Source of the DNA: Pyrinomonadales bacterium
GTDB taxonomy: Bacteria > Acidobacteriota > Blastocatellia > Pyrinomonadales > Pyrinomonadaceae
Direction of reading: 5' to 3'
NCBI GenBank assembly: GCA_038323125.1
Contig: JBBQGO010000001.1
Location: forward strand, 1-25,557
Length of the DNA stretch: 25,557 nucleotides
The notes below the pieces were generated by a model that worked only from the letters and a program-made list of their open reading frames with translations, did no database searches and was not told where the DNA came from. Numbering within the stretch: the first letter of the stretch is position 1; the number at the start of each line of letters is the position of its first letter. The position numbers and the translations under genes are program-made. Below are positions 9,329-16,628 of this stretch, in pieces.

Positions 9329-10264
9329 CTATTTCTTTATCGTGATCTTGTTAAAAGTCGAATTGTACCCGCCGTTCTCGACCAACTGGCTGTTCGAATC
9401 GATTAGTTCCAACTGAAACATATGAGAACCTTCTCTCAACCCTGAGATCCAAATAGGAGCCCACTTGTCGATGAACTTTGTTTCGGTCCCATCGATGGTA
9501 TACCGGATCCTGTGATCGCCGCCATCGCCGGTAAGCTTTACGTTTGACAGCCAAAAATCGATCATGATGGCTTCGGCGTCCGGGCCGCTATACTCGCCTT
9601 TCGGACGGCTATATGTCAAAAGAGGTTTTTTGGGGTCAACAGCTCCTGCCTCGCTCGAAACCATTTCCTTGCCCTCGGGGGTCGATGCCGTGTTTGCGGC
9701 AACGTTTGACATTGGCTGGCCGTCAGCGGTTGCGGGTTTGGCGGGATCGCCGCCGCCGTTCTTGACCGTGAATTTTACCATCTGAAATGCACCGTCGTTC
9801 TTATAAGACTCATGCCATGGCCGCGACGGAAAGACGCGCAGGGTGTGTGGGCCGTCTGTTACGTTCCGCAGCTCGAATTCGCGTTCCAGATTGTAATAGG
9901 CCTCATACGGCTGATTATCGAGGATCACATGAACGTGGTTCCCGGTCTTTGTTTCCATGTCCATATGGGGCTTGTATCCCTTGAGATCACCTGACAGTTC
10001 AAGCTTGACCCTTACTGTCGAACTCGAAATCGTAGCGTCGGCTGCGGGTTCGATGATCTTCAGTGTCGGTGCGGCTGTGTCCTGTTCGCCCCTCGCGGCC
10101 ATCTGGTCCACCAGCTTCTGAGGACGGCCGACGACGGAAAGGCGCTGGAGTTCGGCCTTAGGCGTCCCAGCGGTATTTGCGTTTGCGTTATTGGTATTCT
10201 CAACACCGCCACAGGCGGCCAGCATTGCAGATACCAAAACGATAAATAAATTCTTGATTTTCAT
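9329..10264 (-). CDS. Lipoprotein of unknown function with two beta-rich (Ig-like) domains and His motifs
   Basis: MKIKNLFIVLVSAMLAAC lipobox. Domain 1 has GNHVHVILD, GPHTLRVF and PWHES; domain 2 repeats the pattern (LREGSHMFQLELID). Confidence 0.75.
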   Translation of the reverse strand: MKIKNLFIVLVSAMLAACGGVENTNNANANTAGTPKAELQRLSVVGRPQKLVDQMAARGEQDTAAPTLKIIEPAADATISSSTVRVKLELSGDLKGYKPHMDMETKTGNHVHVILDNQPYEAYYNLEREFELRNVTDGPHTLRVFPSRPWHESYKNDGAFQMVKFTVKNGGGDPAKPATADGQPMSNVAANTASTPEGKEMVSSEAGAVDPKKPLLTYSRPKGEYSGPDAEAIMIDFWLSNVKLTGDGGDHRIRYTIDGTETKFIDKWAPIWISGLREGSHMFQLELIDSNSQLVENGGYNSTFNKITIKK

Positions 10265-10304
10265 AAAGTTCTCCACAGAATGTTAAACGGCGACACAGTG
10301 TCGG

Positions 10305-10991
10305 CTAGACCGCCGCTGCAGTAACGCAGTCCACCGGAGCCACAACCTCCGTTCCCGCATACCCAAATACATCGCGAAAGTTAACAATGATCCGCTCCTC
10401 GACTTCGGCAAGCGTGACTTCGCGATCGAGCAGCCGCTCCATTGAGGTCACGGGCTCGCCCTCGCACGCAATGATCCAGTTGTAGTAGCTCAGATCGGTA
10501 CTGACGTTCAGAGCGAAGCCGTGCGTCGTCACCCAACGTTTGATATGTACACCGATCGCAGCGACCTTTCCTTCGGCCGTGTGAACACCCGTCAAGCCCT
10601 CTATCCTAAATGCGTTGATACCAAAATCAGACATCGTCCGGATAAGGACATCTTCCAGATCACGAACGTATTTATGCACATCTTCGCGATCCGGCGACAG
10701 GCTGATGACCGGGTAACCGACCAGTTGGCCGATGCCGTGATAGGTGACCTTACCGCCCCGGTTTATCTCAAAGACTTCGATGCCCAGTTGGCGGAGCGTA
10801 TCGGCTGTCGCAAGCACGCCGCTTTCTTTTGAACGCCGGCCGAGCGTAAACGTGTGCGGGTGCTCGAGCAGCAGCAAGTAGTCGTGCAGACGGCTTCCGA
10901 TGACCTCTGCCTCGAATTGCTTCTGCAGATCGAGGGCGTTTGAATAGCCAACGCGGCCGAGCCTGCGAACCTCTAAATGACGCTGGTGCAT
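10305..10991 (-). CDS. lipB: Lipoyl(octanoyl) transferase LipB
   Basis: LLLEHPHTFTLGR, NRGGKVTYHGIGQLVGYP, KVAAIG, THGFALN motifs and the catalytic Cys (IIAC). Start moved to ATG 10991. Confidence 0.95.
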   Translation of the reverse strand: MHQRHLEVRRLGRVGYSNALDLQKQFEAEVIGSRLHDYLLLLEHPHTFTLGRRSKESGVLATADTLRQLGIEVFEINRGGKVTYHGIGQLVGYPVISLSPDREDVHKYVRDLEDVLIRTMSDFGINAFRIEGLTGVHTAEGKVAAIGVHIKRWVTTHGFALNVSTDLSYYNWIIACEGEPVTSMERLLDREVTLAEVEERIIVNFRDVFGYAGTEVVAPVDCVTAAAV

Positions 10992-11040
10992 TATGACTAT
11001 GATAAGATTTTTATTGAGTTTTGAACAGGATGCCAAAATT

Positions 11041-11580
11041 ATGAAGTACCTCAAATACGCAATGCCGGTCCTGCTCGCCGCGTTTATCCTGGGCGGAACT
11101 GCGGACGCTCAGAGGAAAAAAACTGCGAGAAAACCGCCGGCGAAAAAGCCTCCGGTAACACGCAGTGTCGTTCCCCCTCTTGAGGTCCGGACAGCACGCG
11201 AAAAGGTAGCGATACAACGCAACAACGTCAGTAGGTTCGTCGATGTGCTGGGGCCGATCGCGCAGGGTATTGAGACCCTGGACGAATCATCTGCGACGAG
11301 GCATCTGCCGCGGGACGTATACGATCAAAATGAGGTCAACAAGTCGAAAGTGATCACCGCCATTCGCAACCTAAAGGACGGCTTGGAGATCCTCGAGTCT
11401 GAATTTCGCACGAAGACAGCTCTTCAAAAGTACCTGCCGACGATCCGGGGTATAGCGGACCTTGCGGCACAGTCAGAAAACACGGCTATCGCAGGAAGGT
11501 TCGTTGCATCAAAGGACCCGCTGAGGACCGTAGGGCAAAAGCTGACCGACACGCTCGCGACGCTTCCGTTTAGTCAGTAA
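11041..11580 (+). CDS. Secreted hypothetical protein (Lys/Pro-rich linker, helical domain)
   Basis: Signal peptide MKYLKYAMPVLLAAFILGGTADA; followed by a strong terminator. Confidence 0.75.
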   Translation: MKYLKYAMPVLLAAFILGGTADAQRKKTARKPPAKKPPVTRSVVPPLEVRTAREKVAIQRNNVSRFVDVLGPIAQGIETLDESSATRHLPRDVYDQNEVNKSKVITAIRNLKDGLEILESEFRTKTALQKYLPTIRGIADLAAQSENTAIAGRFVASKDPLRTVGQKLTDTLATLPFSQ

Positions 11581-11598
11581 TTGTTCAGGACGAAAAAC

Positions 11599-11640
11599 AA
11601 AGGCAATGTGGAAAGGGTGAACTTCCACATTGCCTTTTTT
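11599..11640 (+). terminator. Rho-independent terminator, possibly bidirectional
   Basis: AAAGGCAATGTGGAA, 9-nt loop, TTCCACATTGCCTTT, then TTT; A-tract on the 5' side. Confidence 0.88.
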
Positions 11641-11797
11641 CTTGTTTTACTACCCTCTTAGATAAAACAATCCACTAACGCTACTAAACTCAAGGTTTAA
11701 CTCCGATTCGCGAGATTAGCTGGTATGCCAGTAAAATTTTGACCACAGATGGCACAGAGACGCTTCTCAACATCCATTTACGTCCTAAATAAATGGT

Positions 11798-11990
11798 TAA
11801 ACAACGGGCGAAATGACAAGAACCGTTGGCGAAATCATTTCGCCGCTAGAAAAACGCCTAAACAACTAATATTGCAAGAAAATAACTGCCGCAGGAAATA
11901 AACAACTTAAATATCGACAAAAACAACAGCTAAGCCATTATTCCGTTGGCGAAATCATTAAATATTGGTCATTGTAACAATGCTAACAAC
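11798..11990. repeat. AT-rich cluster: 17-bp direct repeat, 8-1-8 palindrome and recurring AACAAC
   Basis: CCGTTGGCGAAATCATT at 11823 and 11943; GGCGAAAT-C-ATTTCGCC at 11828-11844; AACAAC at 11800, 11861, 11901, 11922 and 11985. Confidence 0.8.
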
Positions 11991-12065
11991 GCAAACCCTG
12001 TAAACACTGACTTTAATAAATGGAGGTAATACACGACCGCGACGGGGTTTTGTTCTAAAGGGGCA

Positions 12066-12716
12066 CTACGGTTTTTGCAGTTCGGCGAGTTTTTTGTCCG
12101 GATCGCATACTTCGATAGGGTCATTGGCGGCGAGCGGCGTTTTGAGCAGTAGGTGTTTTCGGATGAATTCCTCACCCTCCTTTTCGATAAGCTCACCATT
12201 GATAACGAATGCCCTATTGATGAGGGTTTCGCCCTTCTTCTCCATGGTCTTTGGCGACAAGAAAATGTACCAGGGCGATCCCCAGCCCCTCGCGTCACCG
12301 GTGGAGCGACGGTACTGGTAATGAAGAGTCTTTTGTTTGTCGGACCTTAATTCCGATTCGTAGACGGCCGGGAACGTGATCTTAAGAGCATCGAGGTTCT
12401 TCCTCATGGAATCGACCGGATCATACACGCCGACAGCGACGACGCCTAACCCCTGGTCCTTGTATTTGTCGTAAAGCTTTTGCAGCATCGGAGCATCGTG
12501 TCGCCAGTTCGGGCACCACGGAGCAAAATAAACGACCATGACAAGTTTTTTATCTTTTGCAAAATTGCGGAGATTTACATCCTCACCCGTGCGGATATTT
12601 TTGTAGGTCCAGTCCTTGTAAGCGATATCCTTTTCGAGGATCGGTGCCTGCTCGTTCTGGGCAAATGAAAAGGTCGCCGCGGCCAGTAAAATAAGGAGTG
12701 CCAATAAACTCTTCAT
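12066..12716 (-). CDS. Exported TlpA/redoxin-family thioredoxin-fold protein with an atypical WCPNW active site
   Basis: Signal peptide; LVMVVYFAPWCPNW...LQKLYDKYKDQGLGVVAVG follows the TlpA/AhpC-TSA pattern. Confidence 0.8.
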   Translation of the reverse strand: MKSLLALLILLAAATFSFAQNEQAPILEKDIAYKDWTYKNIRTGEDVNLRNFAKDKKLVMVVYFAPWCPNWRHDAPMLQKLYDKYKDQGLGVVAVGVYDPVDSMRKNLDALKITFPAVYESELRSDKQKTLHYQYRRSTGDARGWGSPWYIFLSPKTMEKKGETLINRAFVINGELIEKEGEEFIRKHLLLKTPLAANDPIEVCDPDKKLAELQKP

Positions 12717-12806
12717 CAATAAACCTCTGTGTATTAAAAGACTAATCTGTCAGATGCACGTTAGCAAGCAAAAAGATGGAAGCCAAAGCGCGACGAAGGC
12801 TCATAT

Positions 12807-13319
12807 CTAAGACGACAAATACCTGCGTCGGCGGGGCGACATCCTTCGGGACCAGTGCACGATGTTGAGATATATGCCGGTGAGTGCTGAAAGTGCTCCT
12901 AATGCGGAAAAGAACACGAGCAGGGTCACCTGCCAACTGCCGGCAAAAAAGTAGAAATGGGCCTGCCGGAAAAAGCTGGTTTTCCAGGTAGGCGGCCCGG
13001 AAATGGAGGCCACGCCTGTTTCGGCATCGATAAAGATCGAATCGGCCCCCATGCCCCCGATCGATTGATATTGCGCCCTGCCATCCTTCATCAGGAGCGT
13101 AAGGGCGGTCGTCGGCAGCGACCGTCCGGCGAGTTCATTGGCTTTTGCGATAGCGTCTCCGGGCGTGATCATCACCGTGGCGGCCTCGATCTGCTCGACC
13201 GAACCGCCCTCGACATTGTTGGGCAGCGCATATAATAGGCCGCTGAGTGCCCATGCTAATACAGGTATCGAGACCAAAACTCCGAGCAGGATATGTACCT
13301 GATAGATAAAATTTCTCAT
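12807..13319 (-). CDS. Small PepSY-associated TM protein
   Basis: TM1 VHILLG...WALSG, a PepSY-like domain ending IFIDAETG, and RQAHF followed by a TM ending LTGIYL. Confidence 0.75.
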   Translation of the reverse strand: MRNFIYQVHILLGVLVSIPVLAWALSGLLYALPNNVEGGSVEQIEAATVMITPGDAIAKANELAGRSLPTTALTLLMKDGRAQYQSIGGMGADSIFIDAETGVASISGPPTWKTSFFRQAHFYFFAGSWQVTLLVFFSALGALSALTGIYLNIVHWSRRMSPRRRRYLSS

Positions 13320-13396
13320 AATGTCGCTGTCATCAGATTAACATAGGTCGTCGGCGGCCTCGATCAAGGGGCGGGCATACTCGCCCGAGATTAAAT

Positions 13397-13424
13397 ATCC
13401 ATGTCTATCTGTGTTAATCTGTGG
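13397..13424 (-). repeat. CACAGAT decamer array (minus strand: CCACAGAT TAACACAGAT AGACATGGAT)
   Basis: 17/18 identical to the copy at 14724-14741. Confidence 0.8.
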
Positions 13425-13455
13425 ATTCCGAGCTTACAGAAAAAGGTTCACTATC

Positions 13456-13884
13456 ATGGCAGATCGATCAACAGTTTCCGATATTTTTCGACGGGCATTA
13501 GAGATGCGTTTGGCTAGCCCAGATGCCTCCTATAACGACGTCAAAGCCCAGATCATAAATGAGTTTGGCGGCGGTCCTGTGCCTGACACGGCATTCCTGA
13601 CCATTCCGGAATACGACAACATCGCCCCCGAAGAGGATTGGACGGCCGGCCTGCCGATCGTTCTGCGCGGCATTCAGAACGACGATTGGAATGATGTCGC
13701 ACATGGCATAATCATAAGCCTCGAACAGGTAGAGAATTATCCCAAGGAGTCCGGCCGCGAGGACGACCCGCAGAAGGAATGGCGTGACCGCACGAAACGT
13801 ATCGCCGGGGCCGAAGAGAAGGCCCTCGAAAACTGGATGCCTACCGACCTAATGGATATGGCCAAACGCAACGTCAAGGCGTGA
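13456..13884 (+). CDS. Hypothetical acidic cytoplasmic protein (142 aa)
   Basis: Clean ORF with protein-like composition. Start moved to ATG 13456 because the longer start falls inside the CACAGAT repeat. No family recognised. Confidence 0.7.
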   Translation: MADRSTVSDIFRRALEMRLASPDASYNDVKAQIINEFGGGPVPDTAFLTIPEYDNIAPEEDWTAGLPIVLRGIQNDDWNDVAHGIIISLEQVENYPKESGREDDPQKEWRDRTKRIAGAEEKALENWMPTDLMDMAKRNVKA

Positions 13885-13897
13885 CCGTTGTGTGAGG

Positions 13898-14665
13898 TCA
13901 GATGACAACTGTGAGACCGTCAACGGCTTCGATAACATCCAAACCGGACGATAACTTAGCGACCTCCTCGTGAAAATCTACATCATCCCACTCGGGATAG
14001 AAATGCGTCAGCATCGTGCGTTTTGGGGCAGCCTTGCGGATCAGAAAGATCGCCTCGGCGAGTTCAAGATGCTTTTTTGCAACCTTGTCGCGTATATAGG
14101 TACACTCCAGGATCAATAGGTCCACCCTGTTTGCAAATGCGGATATAACTTCTGAGAACGCTGTGTCGGATGAGTAGACAACAGTCTTCTGGTCATTGTC
14201 GCGGATGTGGATGGCATGGCTCTCGGCGGTATGCGGTGTCGCCATCGCGACGCCTGTGGCGCCGGGTACTATTTCAAACTCCTCGGCCGCTTCGACCTCG
14301 ACGATCTCAAGCGGAAAGGGCTGCTCAAAAAGCTTGTAATTGTTTACATCGTTTACCGCTGAGACCAATCGTTTTAGGCCCTTGGGACCAAATATACTGA
14401 GCGGCTTTTTGCGCCCCTTTAGCTGCGCGGTATGCTTCGTACCCGCAAGCAGTGGTCCGATCCCGCCGCAATGATCCATGTGAAAATGCGATATCCAGAT
14501 CGCGTCCAGATTAGGCCAATCGAGCCCTTCCTGCGCCATCCGCAGCGGCACGGGTGCCGAGCAATCAAGCAGGATATTGCCGCCGCTCGTTTCAAGCCAA
14601 TAGCCGGAACTGCTCCGCGCGGGATGCGGAACACCTGTGCCTGATCCGAGGACTGTAAGTTTCAT
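13898..14665 (-). CDS. MBL-fold metallo-hydrolase, RNase Z/BN-like
   Basis: VLGSGTG, ISHFHMDH (HxHxDH), PH, YSSDT, LILECT and LTHFY motifs. Confidence 0.88.
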   Translation of the reverse strand: MKLTVLGSGTGVPHPARSSSGYWLETSGGNILLDCSAPVPLRMAQEGLDWPNLDAIWISHFHMDHCGGIGPLLAGTKHTAQLKGRKKPLSIFGPKGLKRLVSAVNDVNNYKLFEQPFPLEIVEVEAAEEFEIVPGATGVAMATPHTAESHAIHIRDNDQKTVVYSSDTAFSEVISAFANRVDLLILECTYIRDKVAKKHLELAEAIFLIRKAAPKRTMLTHFYPEWDDVDFHEEVAKLSSGLDVIEAVDGLTVVI

Positions 14666-14721
14666 AATTTAATACTAGCAAAGAGCATTTCCGACATCAG
14701 AATTTGGTCCACAGAATCTCC

Positions 14722-14799
14722 GTCCACAGATAAACACAGATAGTCACAGATGAAGAACATACATAGATCAAAGAATCTTATCTGAGTTCATCCGTGGAC
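14722..14799. repeat. Inverted pair of CACAGAT decamer arrays (REP/MITE-like)
   Basis: GTCCACAGATAAACACAGAT (14722-14741) matches the reverse complement of ATCTGAGTTCATCCGTGGAC (14780-14799) at 17/20. CACAGAT recurs at 14725, 14735 and 14745. Confidence 0.82.
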
Positions 14800-14850
14800 A
14801 TATCGTCTGAATTCATTCATGTACGAGCGGGTGTGTTAAATTCAAAGGCT

Positions 14851-15585
14851 ATGAGCCAGGTTGATATACTCGCGGTCTTTGCACATCCTGATGATGTCGA
14901 GTTGACCGTTGGCGGCACTTTGTTAAAGATGAAGCATCTCGGTTATCGAACCGCTGCACTCGATATCACCCGCGGTGAAATGGGTACACGGGGTACGCCT
15001 GATGGTAGAGCATCCGAGGCGGAGGACGCGGCAAAGATACTCAAGCTGGACCTGCGCGAAAATCTCGGTTTGCCCGACGGGCACGTTTTTGTAGGAGATC
15101 AGGAGCGAACTCAATTGGTACGCGTCCTAAGGAGGTTAAAACCAAAGGTCATATTGACCCATCAGGAAGACGACCCGCACCCCGATCACGATCACATCGC
15201 CCGGCTGGTCCGCGAATCAGCCCGCCTCGCGAGCATGATGCGTTACGACGAGGAAACCGGCGGGGACAAGATACCGGTGCCAAACGTCGCCCACAATGTT
15301 TTTTCGCGACGCGTGCTGCCGTCGTTCATCGTGGACATCTCAGATTTCCTCGATGACAAAATGGCCGCGATCCGCGTTTACCGTTCGCAGTTTCACGACC
15401 CCGACTCAAGCGAACCCGAAACCCGCCTCTCCTCCACAGGGTTTCTCGACGAACTTGAAACTCGTTCTCGCTACTTCGGCTCATTGATAGGAGTCGCGGC
15501 GGGCGAACCGTTTTACGTTCGCGAAGCGTTAAATGTAGAAGATCCGGTTGAACTTCTAACGCGTCCAATGAATCTCTATTCCTGA
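14851..15585 (+). CDS. bshB1: Bacillithiol biosynthesis N-acetylglucosaminyl-malate deacetylase (PIG-L family)
   Basis: AHPDDVE, LDITRGEMGTRGT and HPDH motifs; C-terminal RSRYFGSLIGVAAGEPF typical of BshB1. Start moved to ATG 14851. Confidence 0.85.
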   Translation: MSQVDILAVFAHPDDVELTVGGTLLKMKHLGYRTAALDITRGEMGTRGTPDGRASEAEDAAKILKLDLRENLGLPDGHVFVGDQERTQLVRVLRRLKPKVILTHQEDDPHPDHDHIARLVRESARLASMMRYDEETGGDKIPVPNVAHNVFSRRVLPSFIVDISDFLDDKMAAIRVYRSQFHDPDSSEPETRLSSTGFLDELETRSRYFGSLIGVAAGEPFYVREALNVEDPVELLTRPMNLYS

Positions 15586-15624
15586 TCTCCCTCCGGTGTC
15601 AGGGCGGTTAAACTTTCGACAGGT

Positions 15625-16446
15625 ATGGATAAGCTCGCGCCCGAAGATATTGAACTTGATAAAAAGCGGGCCGTGCTCGAGCGGCTCAAGGACCGGCTTG
15701 CGGACCGTGAAGAGGAGATGACGGACCTGCGGGCGGAGCTCGAGCAGTTTGAGGCGCAATATACGATGGAGGTCGGGCGGTTGTATGCCGATCTCGATGA
15801 CATCGAGGCACAGATCGCCGAAGAAGAGTTTAAGCTAGTTCCTGATGATGAGGAGATAAAGAAAAAGGCCGAGGAACTCAGGCGGCGGGCTGAGGAATCG
15901 GCGGCGCGGGCGGATGAGGCAGCCGAGGCGGCATTGAACAAATGGCAGCCGACCCAGGAGGCAAAAAAGGCGTATCACGATCTGGCGAGGACCATCCACC
16001 CCGATCTTGCCCTCGACCCGCGTGAAAAAGAAAAGCGTCACGGCCTGATGGCGCAGCTTAATGAGGCATATTCGGCTGGTGATCAGACGAGGCTTAACAA
16101 GCTGGTCGAGGATTTTCGCAACAGCCCTGATCTGGTTAAAGGCGATTCAGTGGGCGATGAACTAATCCGAGCCATTCGCCAGATATCACAGGTAAAAGCG
16201 CGACTTACAGAACTTCGCGAAGAAAGGCACAACGCCGAACTTTCCGAGGTCTACACCCTCCGGGAAAGAATGAAGGCTGAGATGTCTGAGGGCCGGGACA
16301 TGATCAAACAGATGGCGGCAAGGACCGCGGTTCAGATCCGAAAATCAGAAAGGCGGCTGGCAAATCTGCGAAGCGTCAACCAGGCAGCCGAAGATTATGT
16401 TAAAGATAAATACGGGATGGATATTTCCAAGTTTCGCCAGAAGTAA
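15625..16446 (+). CDS. Coiled-coil protein with an internal J-domain
   Basis: KKAYHDLARTIHPD...MAQLNEAY is J-domain helices II-III with an intact HPD, flanked by long coiled coils. Confidence 0.8.
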   Translation: MDKLAPEDIELDKKRAVLERLKDRLADREEEMTDLRAELEQFEAQYTMEVGRLYADLDDIEAQIAEEEFKLVPDDEEIKKKAEELRRRAEESAARADEAAEAALNKWQPTQEAKKAYHDLARTIHPDLALDPREKEKRHGLMAQLNEAYSAGDQTRLNKLVEDFRNSPDLVKGDSVGDELIRAIRQISQVKARLTELREERHNAELSEVYTLRERMKAEMSEGRDMIKQMAARTAVQIRKSERRLANLRSVNQAAEDYVKDKYGMDISKFRQK

Positions 16447-16464
16447 AAACGTCAAAAATAATGC

Positions 16465-16491
16465 TTGACACCATTTGCAGATTATGTAAAT
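16465..16491 (+). promoter_or_regulatory. Perfect -35 hexamer with an adjacent operator-like dyad
   Basis: TTGACA at 16465-16470 and ATTTGCA-N5-TGTAAAT at 16473-16491 (one mismatch). No clean -10 at 17 bp. Confidence 0.4.
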
Positions 16492-16499
16492 GTACTTAT

Positions 16500-16628
16500 T
16501 CGCACCCACAGAGTTACTCTTGGCGGCAATTAAGATTTTGACAGTTCAGTTTCGCGACCGCGTACGCCCTGTATGCGACGCGAAAATAGGGGGAAACGGT
16601 GTGGGAGACGTTTCCCCCGCTCTTTTTT
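16500..16628 (+). ncRNA. Candidate small structured RNA
   Basis: Lies after the -35 element. Hairpin TTTCGCG-AC-CGCGTAC-GCCCT-GTATGCG-A-CGCGAAA (16550-16585) is followed by a terminator hairpin. No plausible ORF. Confidence 0.3.
16589..16628 (+). terminator. Rho-independent terminator between convergent genes
   Basis: GGGGGAAACG, 10-nt loop, CGTTTCCCCC, then GCTC and TTTTTT; AAAAT on the other side could serve the minus strand. Confidence 0.8.

Noticed and set aside
11749-11901. 50-aa ORF in the AT-rich gap
   Set aside because: Starts inside a CACAGAT repeat, has no RBS, and its composition is unlike the real genes.
11981-12060. attC-like (CTAACAACGC) or tRNA/tmRNA 3'-end remnant (TGGAGG)
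   Set aside because: No matching GTTRRRY core site, no T-arm GTTCGA motif, and no integrase nearby.
10993-14850. Longer N-terminal extensions in the ORF track (lipB 11054, 10993, 13411, 14794; also 20320)
   Set aside because: They overlap neighbouring genes or repeats, and the downstream ATGs fit signal peptides, family N-termini and promoter spacing better.
16461-16541. 26-aa Cys-containing small ORF (MLDTICRLCKC...)
   Set aside because: No SD, overlaps the promoter-like motif, and a length expected by chance.
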